From: Curvularia clavata
Taxonomy: Eukaryota
Length of the DNA stretch: 64,000 nt
Assembly (NCBI GenBank): GCA_023920165.1
Contig: CP089280.1
Span: forward strand, 1,674,001 to 1,738,000
Direction: 5' to 3'
Shown here: positions 13,946-26,300 of the stretch, one piece after another
How positions within the stretch are numbered: the first letter of the stretch is position 1
Layout of the letters: each line of letters opens with the position of its first letter
Notes under the pieces: model-generated
What the model was told of the DNA's origin: nothing
Seen by the model: the letters and a program-made list of their open reading frames with translations, nothing else
Databases searched by the model: none
Translations under genes and position numbers: made by a program

Positions 13946-16900
13946 ATGGCTGAAGAAGACAGCCTCGCCGCCCTCCAGGGCCTCCACCGCGACCTTTGCG
14001 CCCACATCGACCTGCAGCTGCCGGTGCTCGAACGACTGCTGCTGAACCTCGAAGCGCATTTGGAAGAGCTCAAGACACTGCTGGACAAGAAACCGAAGAA
14101 CGACAAGAGCAGACAGGCTCTGGCTTCCGGTAAGTCGCCTGCCAGGCCGTGTGCAGAGATGAGTGCTGACCGCGCCAGGCAAGATCACCATTGACGACAA
14201 CGAGTACGAGGTCAATGATGACTTCAAGCAACAGACGCTCGAACTCGCCGATGCCCTGGATCTCGATGAACTGGATGCCGCCGCTCTCTTCCTCGGTGCC
14301 CAAAGCGAAGCCCGCGAGCTAGACCGCTCCCAGCTGCAGACGGCCGTAATCCGCTTCCACCGCCGCCGCGAGTATGTCCTTTTGTGCGTGCGCATCCTGA
14401 TGAAGACGGCCCTAGACAGCGACGATGCTAAGGTGGAGGGCCTGCCCGTACTGCAGGAGGCTGTCCAGATGATTGTGGGTGTGCACGGCACAACAAACTT
14501 GGCCAACGCATTTGGTTTCTGGGCCAAGTGCTTGACAAGCATGGAGGCAGTAGAGAGGTGGCTGCAATTCATTGCCGAGCGTGTGCAGAGCACTCAGGTC
14601 GTGGGGCAGGTACCGCTGCCGGGCTTCGTGGAGATTATGGATTTCCAGCGCCAGAGTCTGACTAGACAGCACGAGAATCTGGCCGCCATTTGCACCCACA
14701 TGATCAAGCCTGGATACGTCAATCTCGACAACTACAAATCGCTGCTTGCACGCGCCAAGTCACTCGATCGCCATGACCTCAATACAATTCACTACGTCCC
14801 TATCCTTCTCCGACTGACATCCTGGGTCGCCTCCGACAGCAATAATGTCACATTGAGGGAAGCGCGCAACTTGCACGACTCGCTGATGAGCGGGCGTGAA
14901 AGTGACAACTGGTTACTGAGAAATCTCCACGCGGCGACTCTCACGTGGTGGCTGGCTGAGTACAGTGGACGCTACATGGACCCCAATACCCAAGACCCCG
15001 CATTGCAAGGCATCAACTTTGAAGAAGAGGCCAATTCGCGATCTGATGTCTTCCTCAAGGCTCTTGGTGATGGCGCATTCCACTTCATGCTTTCAGTCAG
15101 CCAGGATGTGCGCCCAACGCGCTGGTATGACCCCCAAAAGACGAGCATGTTGTCAACGCTCCTGCAAGACACAGCCGTTCTCAGCCGAGACTCGGTGCAA
15201 CCTGAAGACTTTTTCAAGGAGCTCCTCATGGAGCAGCTGCAAACTTTCGTTGATTCCTTCATCACGCACATGCCGGATACACTACGTAAGCTAAAAGCCG
15301 AGGAAGACGATCAGCGCCGACGACTGCAACTCCACTTCCAGCGGTCGACCGGAGAGTACCCTCTTCATCTGGAACGATTCATGGTCATTGTGGCCTACGC
15401 ATTCGATGGCTTTCCCGATGCCGCCGAAGATTTCTGGAGCGACAAGGAAAGCAATCTGTACGGATTCCTACAATGGGCGGCCAAACGTCAACCTACCCCA
15501 CGGATAGCCATGTTTTGCGAGATGCTCCGAGCCATTGGTACTGGAGAGACAAATGCCGAGGCCGCTCATCGCTTCCTGCTTGAAGAGGGCGCGTCTGCCT
15601 CTGGCAAGATCCGTCGAACGAGCTCGCTAAGTTATACGACCATTTTCAACGAATTGTGCGAGTTCGAAAAGGACATCCACGAGCCGAAGAAGGCCATCCA
15701 AGCCGGAGTCTTTGCTGCCGCAACGAATCCGATAGACCAGATTGTGGAGCCGGAGAGTGCAACTATGCTAGAAAGCTACTTCCGACTCATTTCGCACATA
15801 TGCCGACAAAGCCCCACCGCCCGAAACTGGATACTCGAAGTGAAGGAATATGATTTCGCCAACATCTGCTTCGGTCTCTGCACTGACAAAGTCGAAAGCG
15901 GATTGCGCGCAGCTGCTTTTGACGCGCTCTCCGCCTTGATGGTAGGCAAGGATGCTGCCAGAGCAAATGCAATGTGGACCATGCTTGATGACTGGACGGT
16001 AAACGGCTTTTATACCGGTTCCAAGCAGAATAACACGCTCGGCGCTGCACCGAGGGACGATCTATGGCCTACGCTTGCAGATGGATACGACGAGTCGATT
16101 GCCCTGGTTCGCTTTCTTCATGCGCTAGTGGAACCATACCCCGAGAACGAAGGCCTCAACGACAGCCTGCCGTTCCCTGAAGGCTTAGGCTCTACGCGTA
16201 GAATGCCTGGTATCGAGAGCTATATCGACTTCGTCATGCAACAAGTTTTTGCAGAACGCTCTTTGGATGTACTTGATCCTCTGCAACGCAACGTCATGCG
16301 ATGGACATGTCTGCGTTTCATGGTAATCTGTCTCTCGACATTCAATGAGAACCTCGTCGTCTTTGCGAACAAGTCGAGCATACCCGTTGACGACGTAATT
16401 GATCCTTCGTCCCTCGCCATCTATGTCACGCTCCACCCATTCGCGCGCGTCATGGAGTGGCTGTTCAACGACAAAGTCCTCAAGGCCCTTTTCGCCGCCT
16501 CTCACCACGACGTCACCGAGGTCGATGCTGCCCTTTCAGATTCGCCCTTGATCCAATCTCTCATGTTGAGTATAGAGGTGATGGATCTGGTGATGAAGCT
16601 CCAGGCCACGTATTTGGACATTGTCAGACCAGTCTTGAAGCAGCAAACCACTTTCCAGCATTACCCAGTGTCTAATCTGTCTCTAGCATCGTTCGAGGAC
16701 GCAATCCTAAACAACCTTCAAATTGTTGTTGACCTCGGTCTTTACTGCGGCACAGGTCACGAGGCCTTGACCATTGCATCCCTTCAACTACTTGAGAAGA
16801 TGGCTTCTTCCCGCAAACTTGCAGTATCACCTGCAGGCTTTGGACAGCGATCTGGCCGCAGCAAAATTGTCGGCATCTTGGAGAAGGACAACGAAGCTGA

Positions 16901-19052
16901 GCGCATTGGCCGATCTCTCTCGAGTTTGATGCGATTCAGCGCCGAAGAGCTTGAGGCTGGCGAAGAAGCCTCTGGATACGTTGTCAAGCTTCGCATACTA
17001 GACTTCCTCAACAGCTGTCTGGCTGCTGTATCTCTCCGCCCGACCATTGCTCACATTCTTCTTGGTTTCTCTTGCGGAACAAACACTGTGCGAATTGCCG
17101 ACGACAGTCTGTGGTCCAATGGACAGGCCTTATTCCACAGCATTCTTCTCCTTGGCGTCGAATATCCTGATAACGATGGAGAACAATTCTTGGCCTGGAG
17201 ATCTGCAATCAAAACGCGGTGTTGGCAAGTGCTTCAGAAGTTGTGGCGCTCGCCACTGACCAGTGCGATAATCATGGAGGAGCTGCGTGACAATGAGTTA
17301 CTGTTCATTGAAGCGCCCCAACTTACCCCCATCACCCTCGACATACCCTGGGATGGAATGTCTCTAGCTCAAGGGCTCGAAGTCAACCCTAGCGACTATT
17401 CGGCATTCTTCTCGGGGCCACCGGCACTCGCCCTCCAGAATTTTCTCCAACGACGGGCCGCTTTTCTAGACTATGAGTCAAGGGAACTTCGTTTGACTGT
17501 CAAAGAAAACAGACCAACGATGAAATCGAGGATCCAGTCACTGCTTCTTGGCACTACCATAAGACCTGGCGAAGACGCTACGCCAAATCCCAACATTTTT
17601 GACTTGTTCGACTTCATAGAGTTGGTCTACCCAGAACGCGCTCTTCCAGATCAACACAGGTTCTTTGAAGGCGTGAATCTTGAATCATGTCAAGAAGACA
17701 AGGAGGGCTGTACTCTGTACTCGATACCATTGCTAGAACAAGTCATCCGCTTGAAGTTGAAGTACTGGAGAAAAGATGGCTTGCTGAAGGAGGAGGAGCA
17801 CGAAATAGCGCTCGCGGAACAGGCTGAGCTCTTGATGGCCATATTCGTGGACTGGAACCGTCGTACTCAGCTGATGCGCTACCATAAGGACATCCTTCAG
17901 TCATGGGTCCAGGTTGTGATGGTAGCCGTGCACAACTGCGATTTTGACAACGGGGCACGAAGCTCCTTCATCCTACAGACCTTGCAAGTCATTCTTCCGA
18001 AGCTTGAACAGTCATATGCCGCGGATATATTCACCGCTCTACAACTCGCCAGCCTCGCAGAGTCTCTCATTCAGAAAGTTGACTTTGAGTCTACAGCCTT
18101 CGACAAAACTGGTGACTTTGCCAATGACCGACTATCGCAGCTCTTCCGTGCTGCACTCCTGGGCATCTACAGCCCAGTTTCTACACCTGAACTGCGGGAG
18201 TACTGCTACCAGATTTGCTTCCGTTACATACATGGTACTTCCCAAAAGGCTACTCCAAACTCTGTTCTTGGCCGCCACACACTCAACGCGATCAGGAACT
18301 GCGGTAGCCATATGCTCGAAGTGATTTGCGACGATGCTTACAGCGGCCAAGGAACATGCAAGGTTTCCGCGCTCCTTCTTCTCAATGCATTCGTAGCAGT
18401 TGCAACTCGCCAGTCGTCAAAGTACATTCTCGAAAGCTTTGTTTCTCTCAACTTTGTCGGTGTACTTGTCGACAACATCAAGCACATTCCAGAGGAACTC
18501 CGCACAGCTATCGCATCGCAAGTGACCGTTCTCCTCTCATACTACGACGCTAGCCTTGCGCTCCTTCTCCGTATATGTCAGTCTCGTCTGGGAGCAGCGC
18601 ACGTGCTCAATGCAGGCCTCTTCCCAGCTATCCGCGAGTCTCATATCTTCTCCGTCGATCCAGACATTGGTCTCGAATTCGACGACCCAAATGCTTTACG
18701 CAAGTACTACCAGCTTATGTTGGCCGTACTACGTGTTATCAACGCTGCGGTTATCGCCAGGGGACGGCAAAATGATCAGACTGTGTTCCAGGCAAGGGAG
18801 TTCCTGAAGGACAACAGACACAGCATGGTCAGCGTCTTCAAGAGAAGTGTCAACGTCGGAGTCGGAGCAGGCGAAGAGATGCAACAGGACCTGGTAGACT
18901 TGGTGGATTGCTGGACGGTGTTGGTTGACGTGACTGGGTTCTTGCAGGTAAGCCATCGACATGACGGTGAAATTGTTCGACATGGAACTAATGTATTGCA
19001 GTACGAAGATGAGTCTAGTTTGAAGAGGGCGAGGCCGAGCATGTTCTCATAA
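13946..19052 (+). CDS. NUP192: Nucleoporin Nup192/Nup205 family
   Basis: ATG 13946 (MAEEDSLAALQGLHRDL), intron ~14130-14178, then a long helical ORF with YEVNDDFKQQTLELADALDLDELDAA and TLHPFARVMEWLFN, typical of fungal Nup192. A final short intron precedes YEDESSLKRARPSMFS*. Confidence 0.9.
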
Positions 19053-19786
19053 GCAGTACGCTTAATGAATGCTGCTATCTGGAGGATGAAATGATCATTT
19101 ATGCGCTTGATGGGAATATTTTGTTATGTAATGTGTAGAGAAAGCCGCTTTAAAAGCTTGTTCAACTTGGCCACCTTGCATTTCCTCCTATAATACGATG
19201 CTGAGCATTAAGTGTCCATGTGATATTGCTATGATTTCAAGAAAGACCACGCAAACAGGTGTTAGGAAAGATGCATATGCAAGGGAAATGCATGTCCAAC
19301 TCGTCTACTGACTGCGTGGCGCTCGGAAGAGCGCGCATCATTGTTACTCTTCGGATTGTCTCACCACCGTTTATATCCATTTCCCTAAGTCCCTATCCTT
19401 GTTGTTTACATGTTTAAAGAAAGCTAAAGAAGGGAGTTTCAATTGGACTTTCGAGTCCATGCAGTTGCCAGAGACGTAGTAGAGTTGGGAAAGTTAGTCG
19501 TGGTGCGACTATAAAATGTATATGATGAAGAGCTTGCTATTGATACTAAGTTGGAACAAAATTAATGACTACAAGTTCTTCAGGGCGGTACATTTCTGCA
19601 CGAGCAAAGAGAACGTGCGTGGACGCTTAGCACAAGTGTGATGCATGTGAGGAGTATCAAACGATTAACGAAAATGGGTATCGATACTGATGATGTACAA
19701 CTGTAGAAATTAAAAGAGACTGTGGTGTTACAGTGGTACTTTGTGGACAACCCCCATAGGACCTTGGTTTTTATAGCCACTGCCTC

Positions 19787-21668
19787 TTACCCGTCTTCAT
19801 CTTCGTTCCTCCATATTGATGCCGAATTATAATCAGAGGATTGCACTAAATCCACTAGATCGTTATGGATCTCCTCATTGCTCTGAGAAGACTGAGTGAT
19901 GTCGGTAATCTTTACTGGGGAGCTGACTGGTTCGGCAGAAGAGCTAGGGGCTTCGTCATTGAAGACATCAGATCTACGCTTCAAAGGGGAACCTTGTGGG
20001 CTTGATCCAGATTCGACACGAGCCCTCTTTTTCGCTAATGAACCTTTTGGACGGCCTCTCGGTCGCTTTAGTATAGCATTGTCATCGCGCGCTGGAGAAA
20101 TAGGATCTGTGTTTGACCTTGGAGGAGTGCTCAAGCTACTCTTTAACGAGCCACCAATTGGTTTAGCCCAGTCGAGAATTTGTCTGATCTTCCGACTAGG
20201 CTGATCAACGGTGGTGGAGGGACTCGGGTTCAAAGTTTCTATGATAGCTGCCTGTGTGGCTTCAAATACCATAACCTCATCATCAAACTCGGTCGCTTGT
20301 TCTTCAGGCAAAGATTTTGGGTCTTCCTTTGGTTTCATGAGACCCTTGCGATGCAGGATTTGTCTAGGGCCAGATCCCTCTGCTTGACCTGATCTGTCGG
20401 CGTCGTCACTGCTCTTCCTCTTTCCAGGCCTTTTTGGAAAATCACCACTTTCCACTCTGGCGCGCAGCTCGTCCGTAGAAGGAAATGCTCTGGTGGCGGC
20501 CCACTCAGGGAGCTTGCTAGCGAAATTTTTCCACATTGCACGTTGTGACACTGCGATTGGTGCAGGACACTTGTAAAAATCCGTCCGATGATTCGCATTA
20601 TCCAAACCAGCTTCTATGCAGTTCAGGCAACGAAAGAGGGTCTTGTCATATCGATTTGGGCACTGTGAAGTTGCTCCTGGACCTGGATGCTTTTGGGCAC
20701 AAACGATGCATGGCCAACTCTCTTCTTTAGATAAGTTGGCGTTGGGGCACTTTGTGTATTCTAGCGTGTGATCCGGACGACCACATCTTAGGCAGAACTG
20801 AGGCGTGCCTCGAGGGTCGTACGCCCTAGACTCAGTCAGTATGCCAGTTGTGTGTGTGTGTGTGTGTGTGTGTGTCAGGCTAGACTCACATTGCTAATGC
20901 ATGGTCGCCCGAAAAGAAAAGAGGCTGCTGACAGGCCTTCATAGCCTCACCAGGGTCCATAAATCCCCACAAGAACCTCTGTTGTGTGTACTTGACCTCG
21001 TTGATATCGAGGCCAGTATCACGCTTCATCGAAGCAAGGTAGTCCTTGCAGTTCTTAAGGTACTCATTGGCCAAATTGTATTCGTTTAGTATAACCCAAT
21101 ACATTTCGGGCTTGCGTTTTGAGTGCCATGGTGTAAGGCCGAGCTTTACCATCAAAGTAGCAAAATTGTTGTCTTGAATCAGTTGCTCATAGATCGGGCG
21201 CGACTGGGTAGTAAGATGCAGTTCTTTCGTGTGATGATACACTCGGACGGATGTTATCTGGTTATATGGTTCGCTCAGCGATCTCAACCTCTTCAGAACT
21301 CCTTCAGGTCCTAAATCCGAAATTTTAGGAAAGTCCTTCTCACCAAGTACGATGCTGATCCTGGGAAGAATGGCTTTCAGTGCGCGGGTTGGTGCCGGGT
21401 TCGGGTCGCGTTCTAGGCTTTTGGAGATTTTCTTTAATCGATTTACTTCTTCAGTCATGGTGTTCATAGCTTTGTTGAGCTGAGCTGCAATTGCGGCTGA
21501 TAGCTCTTTCAGCTTCGCCTCGATTACTCGCTCGACTGCTTGTTCCAAACCCTGTTGGACAAGAATCTCTGGGTGTAATGCGTTTCCAACATGTTGTTGG
21601 GAACAGGTATTCGGGGTTTAGTCTGCGGTGTGGCTTGTAGAAGCGGAAGATTTGTCTGGGAGATTCAT
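19787..21668 (-). CDS. Spliced LINE ORF1/gag-like protein: coiled coil, three CCHC-type zinc knuckles, AT-hook; in-frame TAA at codon 17 if ATG 21668 is used, alternative ATG 21467
   Basis: ORF 21548-20886 joins the downstream frame through intron 20889-20826 (GTGAGT...ACTGAC...CTAG). This gives AMAYDPRGTPQF-CLRCGRPDHTLEYTKC...CIVCAQKHPGPGATSQC...CLNCIEAGLDNANHRTDFYKCP, in frame with ORF 20605-19787, which contains KRPRGRPKGS. Confidence 0.8.
20849..20875. repeat. (GT)n microsatellite inside the intron of the gag-like gene
   Basis: Uninterrupted TG dinucleotide run. Confidence 0.95.
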
Positions 21669-23165
21669 CTTGCCTACAAAGTTGAAAGTTGAAGACTTCT
21701 CAAAAATAAGAGAGTTTTGAGGATGAATTTTGTGGTGTTCGTGCTGTCGGACCTTAAAGAATTGTGAGGACTGCTTCCTGGCGATAATCAGTGAATTGCG
21801 GATCGAGTAACAGCAGCTGGAATTATATCTAACTTATATTGCAATGGCATCCATCACGATAATGACTATGCCTTCACCTCTGTGGCGCAATTTCTTCCAC
21901 CTAGATAGGTAAAGCATTGATGGAAGACTTTTCAGCGCTGTGCCCATCTCGTATTGTTGGTGGGGAGGGCGGCCCGTAAGAATCAGATCTCAATCCAACT
22001 CTAGGAAGCAATCATTGGACCCATCTTTACCCCTAGTAATCCAATTTTACCATCCTAGAGGCTATAATTATAGCGCTCGAAACTTATCTATGTCTCTCTG
22101 GATGTACATGATGCTATGCGAAATCATTTCGTGGTGAAGGTCACCATCTGCGTCCTAACAGAGCAATACCCAATACTTGCCCCAATAAACTCTAATCGCT
22201 TCCCAAACTATGAAGTTATCAGAACCTTGTTTTTTTCTTTTGACTCGGGGTTGAGCATTGTTGATCAATATCAGCGTACATAGCAATCCGCGGAAAGCTG
22301 ATAGGTGCCCCTATTAACATCTCATATCCTTGCATGTTTACTACTCCTGTATCGGAGGAGGTGATCTGGCAGTTCCGTGCGCCACAGAGATTTCATGGCG
22401 CTCCATCACCAGGGTTCATCGCCTATGTTGTTTGATTCGCTGCCAAAGCTTAATTTCGCTTGGTCACAATCCCTCGCCACCACTCACGAAAAAGCTGTCC
22501 ATGGGGTACTGACTCACCTAACTATCGTGTGAGTTCAAACGCTGTAAAATGTCTACGAAGACTCATGTCAGATGCCTCTAGGAGATGATTATCACAATAG
22601 TAAGAAAAAAAAATGAGTATGGGTAGAGTGATACAGTCTCGAGTGTTTGCAATGGCCTCTGGTTTCCCGTTGGGAATGTGTTTAAAGTTTCAAGATTCGT
22701 ATGTAGTACGTATCTAGCTTGGCTTGGCCTGGCTTGATCCCCACATCACACGACTTGCCTTGATAATCTTGACCTGGCCTAGTCATTGATAGGCCGGGCT
22801 TTCGGATGTTACCTATCATTCATTGTTTCTTCCGCAACGCCTCTTTTAACTTTGATATATGCCTGCAAAACACCACGTGCAGTTTGGACATGGAGTTTGT
22901 AAAAGGTCTGAGGCCATCTAGCTTCCAATTCTGGCGGGTGGGTGATCAGTCATTGTTGAGTAAAGGTGCCAGTCAATTTGTATCTAATCCTTGTCGTTTA
23001 TACGTGATTTGCCAAACCCACCACGTATCTGTTACGAAAAAGGGGGATCAATTGAGGCTAACAAGCCGTGAATCAGACGTTCAACTCCGTGCTGTGCATA
23101 TGCTCATTGCCTTGCGGAATTGACTTAAAAGCTGCGGTTTCCCACTTCACAGCTTCTCTTGTTTC

Positions 23166-23357
23166 ATGTCACATAATTCATTCGCATACGGGCCCATCCA
23201 GCGATTTCTGACCAGCATGACAGAGACTTCACAACAGCAAACACGAGAGAAAGAATATACTTGCAACAAGGGGAAGGGACCCAGCAGCAACAGCAATGAT
23301 AAGGGAAAAACGAAGAAGAAGAAGAAGAAGAAGAAGAAGAAGAAGAAGAAGAAGAAG

Positions 23358-23388
<31 letters not shown>

Positions 23389-26300
23389 CTCGGGTGAGCT
23401 GAGGCTGCTGTCTCATCCTAACGTATGTGGGTTGACTGATGTTTGTTTAGAAGCCAGAGCCCCTCGCAAAGGTCAGTATTTGCTACAATCCAGCTTTCTC
23501 TGTTGAATGATTAATAGAAAATTGACCCAGGGCAATCTCAAGTTCATGCGAAACCAGTTGACTCTGAAAAACGCAAACTTGGGCCGGGACGAAAATGGCT
23601 AGCTGATTTGCAGCCAGGTCACTCCCTGAAGACAGAGGTTCTAGAGGACGGACAATGCTTTCTCGTATCGGTCCAAATGAGATCTGCCAAACCGCGCCTC
23701 CAAAGCCTCTTCAACTGGGTAAAGACACTGTCTAGACCGCCCGATGTTATCGCCATCCAGGATCCTCCTTTGCAGCTCGCTTATAGCTCCTTGCCATCGT
23801 ACCAGACATGGTTTCGCGGAGACGACGGCGAAGGTAATCCTGTTAGCATCGGAGAGAAAGATCACCCTTATCACTGCGACTATATTCCCCCGTACCCGAA
23901 AGCTCATGAAAAGCTGGCTATGAAGCAGCACTCTAAGACCCAGCCGGACGGGTGTAAGCAGCTGGCCAAAATTGCGTTTTTGGTGCATAGTTCCATCCAG
24001 GAATGGAATGTTTCTGAGCCTTCGCACGGCCCCAATCGAGGCTTGGTCGCAACATTGCATATTGCCCTCGCCCGAGGTTCACTCAACATCCACAACTTCT
24101 ACAATCACAATCACCCAAATGGGCGGCTAGACGTCGAGGAACTTTTGAAGCCCTGCGGCAACAATCAAGATGCCCATATAGTCGTTGGTGACAGCAACCT
24201 ACAACACCCTCTCTGGAGTCCTCACGCCGAAGGACAGAATGCTCATAAAAAGGCCAAAGATCTCGTAGCAGCAATGGAGGCCACGAATATGGTATGCAAG
24301 AACGATGGCTCCCTTACCTTCGCTCGTGGCAATCGCAGCGGTGGTGAATATGCATCTTCGATCGACATCATCTTGGCAAGCGGGTTCCTGGGTGACCAAT
24401 CCTGCTACGAAGTCCTCGATGTCCACGGGTACGAAAGCGACCATGCTGTCACTTCGTTGAAAGTCGACATGGATCTAGACCGCAAAATGGGCCTAAAGTT
24501 CTTCTGGGATGAGACTAATGAAGCATTGTATAGCAGAGATGTGGCTCACCATGTCAATACGTTGGCTCTTCCCTCAAATCCCAACAGGGCCGACTTAACG
24601 CACGCGCTGGAGGGTTTTCGAAAGATCATCTATGGAGCAATCGAGAAACATGTACCCGTCCGGCATGTTTTCGAAAACACTCATGCCAAAAAGTCTACTA
24701 TGTCTATCTCTAGCGCCATAAGGACGGCAAATTGGCGGAGGGCTGTAGAGCGCAAATCGGAGGACCCTCAAGGCGTTCATTCTTTAGCTAAAAGAGCTAT
24801 CCTATGGGGCTCGCCAAGACCGCCAAAATGTACTCCGGATTTTGTACCAGCTCCAGACAAAGTAATCACGGACAACAACGAGAAGGTGAAATGTTACGTG
24901 GAGGCGATTTGGACTCGCACCAGGTACAAAGGCCCCCCCAGAAAACTGCCAACCGATAGCGCCTTTTCAAAAAGATATGTAAGTACACTCAGGCACCGTT
25001 AATTCAATATTTGGTGTCACTGCCAGCTGAATGAAAACAGGCTACGGTTGACAGTAGCGGGACGACTCACACAGCCCAAACGCATACTTCCTCCACGGAT
25101 ACATCTCAATTTCCGTTGCCGTTTCTTCATCCATCTAGGAAACAGCATTTCTCTGATATAAAAGTAGAAGAGGGCGAGGTCGCAAGCCTACTGAAAGGCG
25201 CACCACATCGCAAGGCTTGTGGAGATGATGGTATTCCGTTTGAAGCATTGAAAATGTGTGCCAAGGTCATAATACCTACCCTGACTTGGATCTTTCAAAC
25301 GTGCCTTGATCTGCGCTTACATCCCGACAGTTTCAAGGACTGCATTACCTTCGTCATCCAAAAGCCTGGAAAGGATGCATCACTGCCTAAATCTTACAGG
25401 CCGATCGCGGTTCTGAACACACTGGCAAAACTTCTGGAGCGTATAATAGCTGATCGATTAAAGGCACTTGTTCTTGAAGTGGAAGGTATGCTTCCGTTCA
25501 CACAGTTTGGTGCACCAGGTCGTAGTACGACTCTTGCTGTAGAGTTGTTGACTACGAAAGTTTACAGCGGGTGGATACAAGACAAGAAGGCCAGTCTCCT
25601 TGGTCTCGATCTCACTGGTGCGTATGATCACATCGACCGTATAAAATTACTAGATAAACTAATATCGCTTGGCATACCTGACTGGCTGATCGAGATTATA
25701 TGGTCTTTTTTGTCTAATCGCCGCAGCTATATTCACCTTCCTGGTTACGACGGTGAGGAGTACTATATAGACGTTGGCGTTCCTCAGGGGAGTCCACTCT
25801 CTTCGCTCCTGTTCTTGTTCTATGCGGCGCCCCTGCTGGAGCACTTGGCTAAGGACTATGCTGCCGCAACGCTCTTTTCTTACGTTGATGATACCTATAT
25901 CCTCGTAGTCACGTACTCATACCGCGAAAACATCCGCGTTATGGGTGTCATCCACGACCGGCTTTACAACTGGGCAGAGCAGAACGGCATGCGCTTTTCA
26001 CCCACCAAGTATCATATCATGCACTTTGTTAAGCCGTGCACGCGTGTTGACGAAGCTGGTTGCGAGTTACTGCCTTCTATGATTGGTTTCGAGAATTTGA
26101 CTCAAGACGAAAAAGATAACATTCTACAACCGACCATGACTATCCTTGGAGTAGTGTTCGACCAACGACTCTCTTGGGTTGATCATGCAAACTATGTAAG
26201 CCGCAAACCATACCACCCATCATTTACTTACGTATCAACAGATTGTAGGGAAGATTAGGAAGAAGCTGAAGACCTATCAACGCTTTTCTCGGTCAACATG

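Noticed and set aside
23147..23416. Poly-phenylalanine ORF on the minus strand
   Set aside because: It is the antisense reading of the (AAG)25 repeat.
25116..26258. rvt gene, telomerase RT or Penelope-like element
   Set aside because: The N-terminal APE domain, GVPQGSPLS motif and C-terminal CCHC knuckle are non-LTR ORF2 features. I saw no GIY-YIG or TERT motifs.
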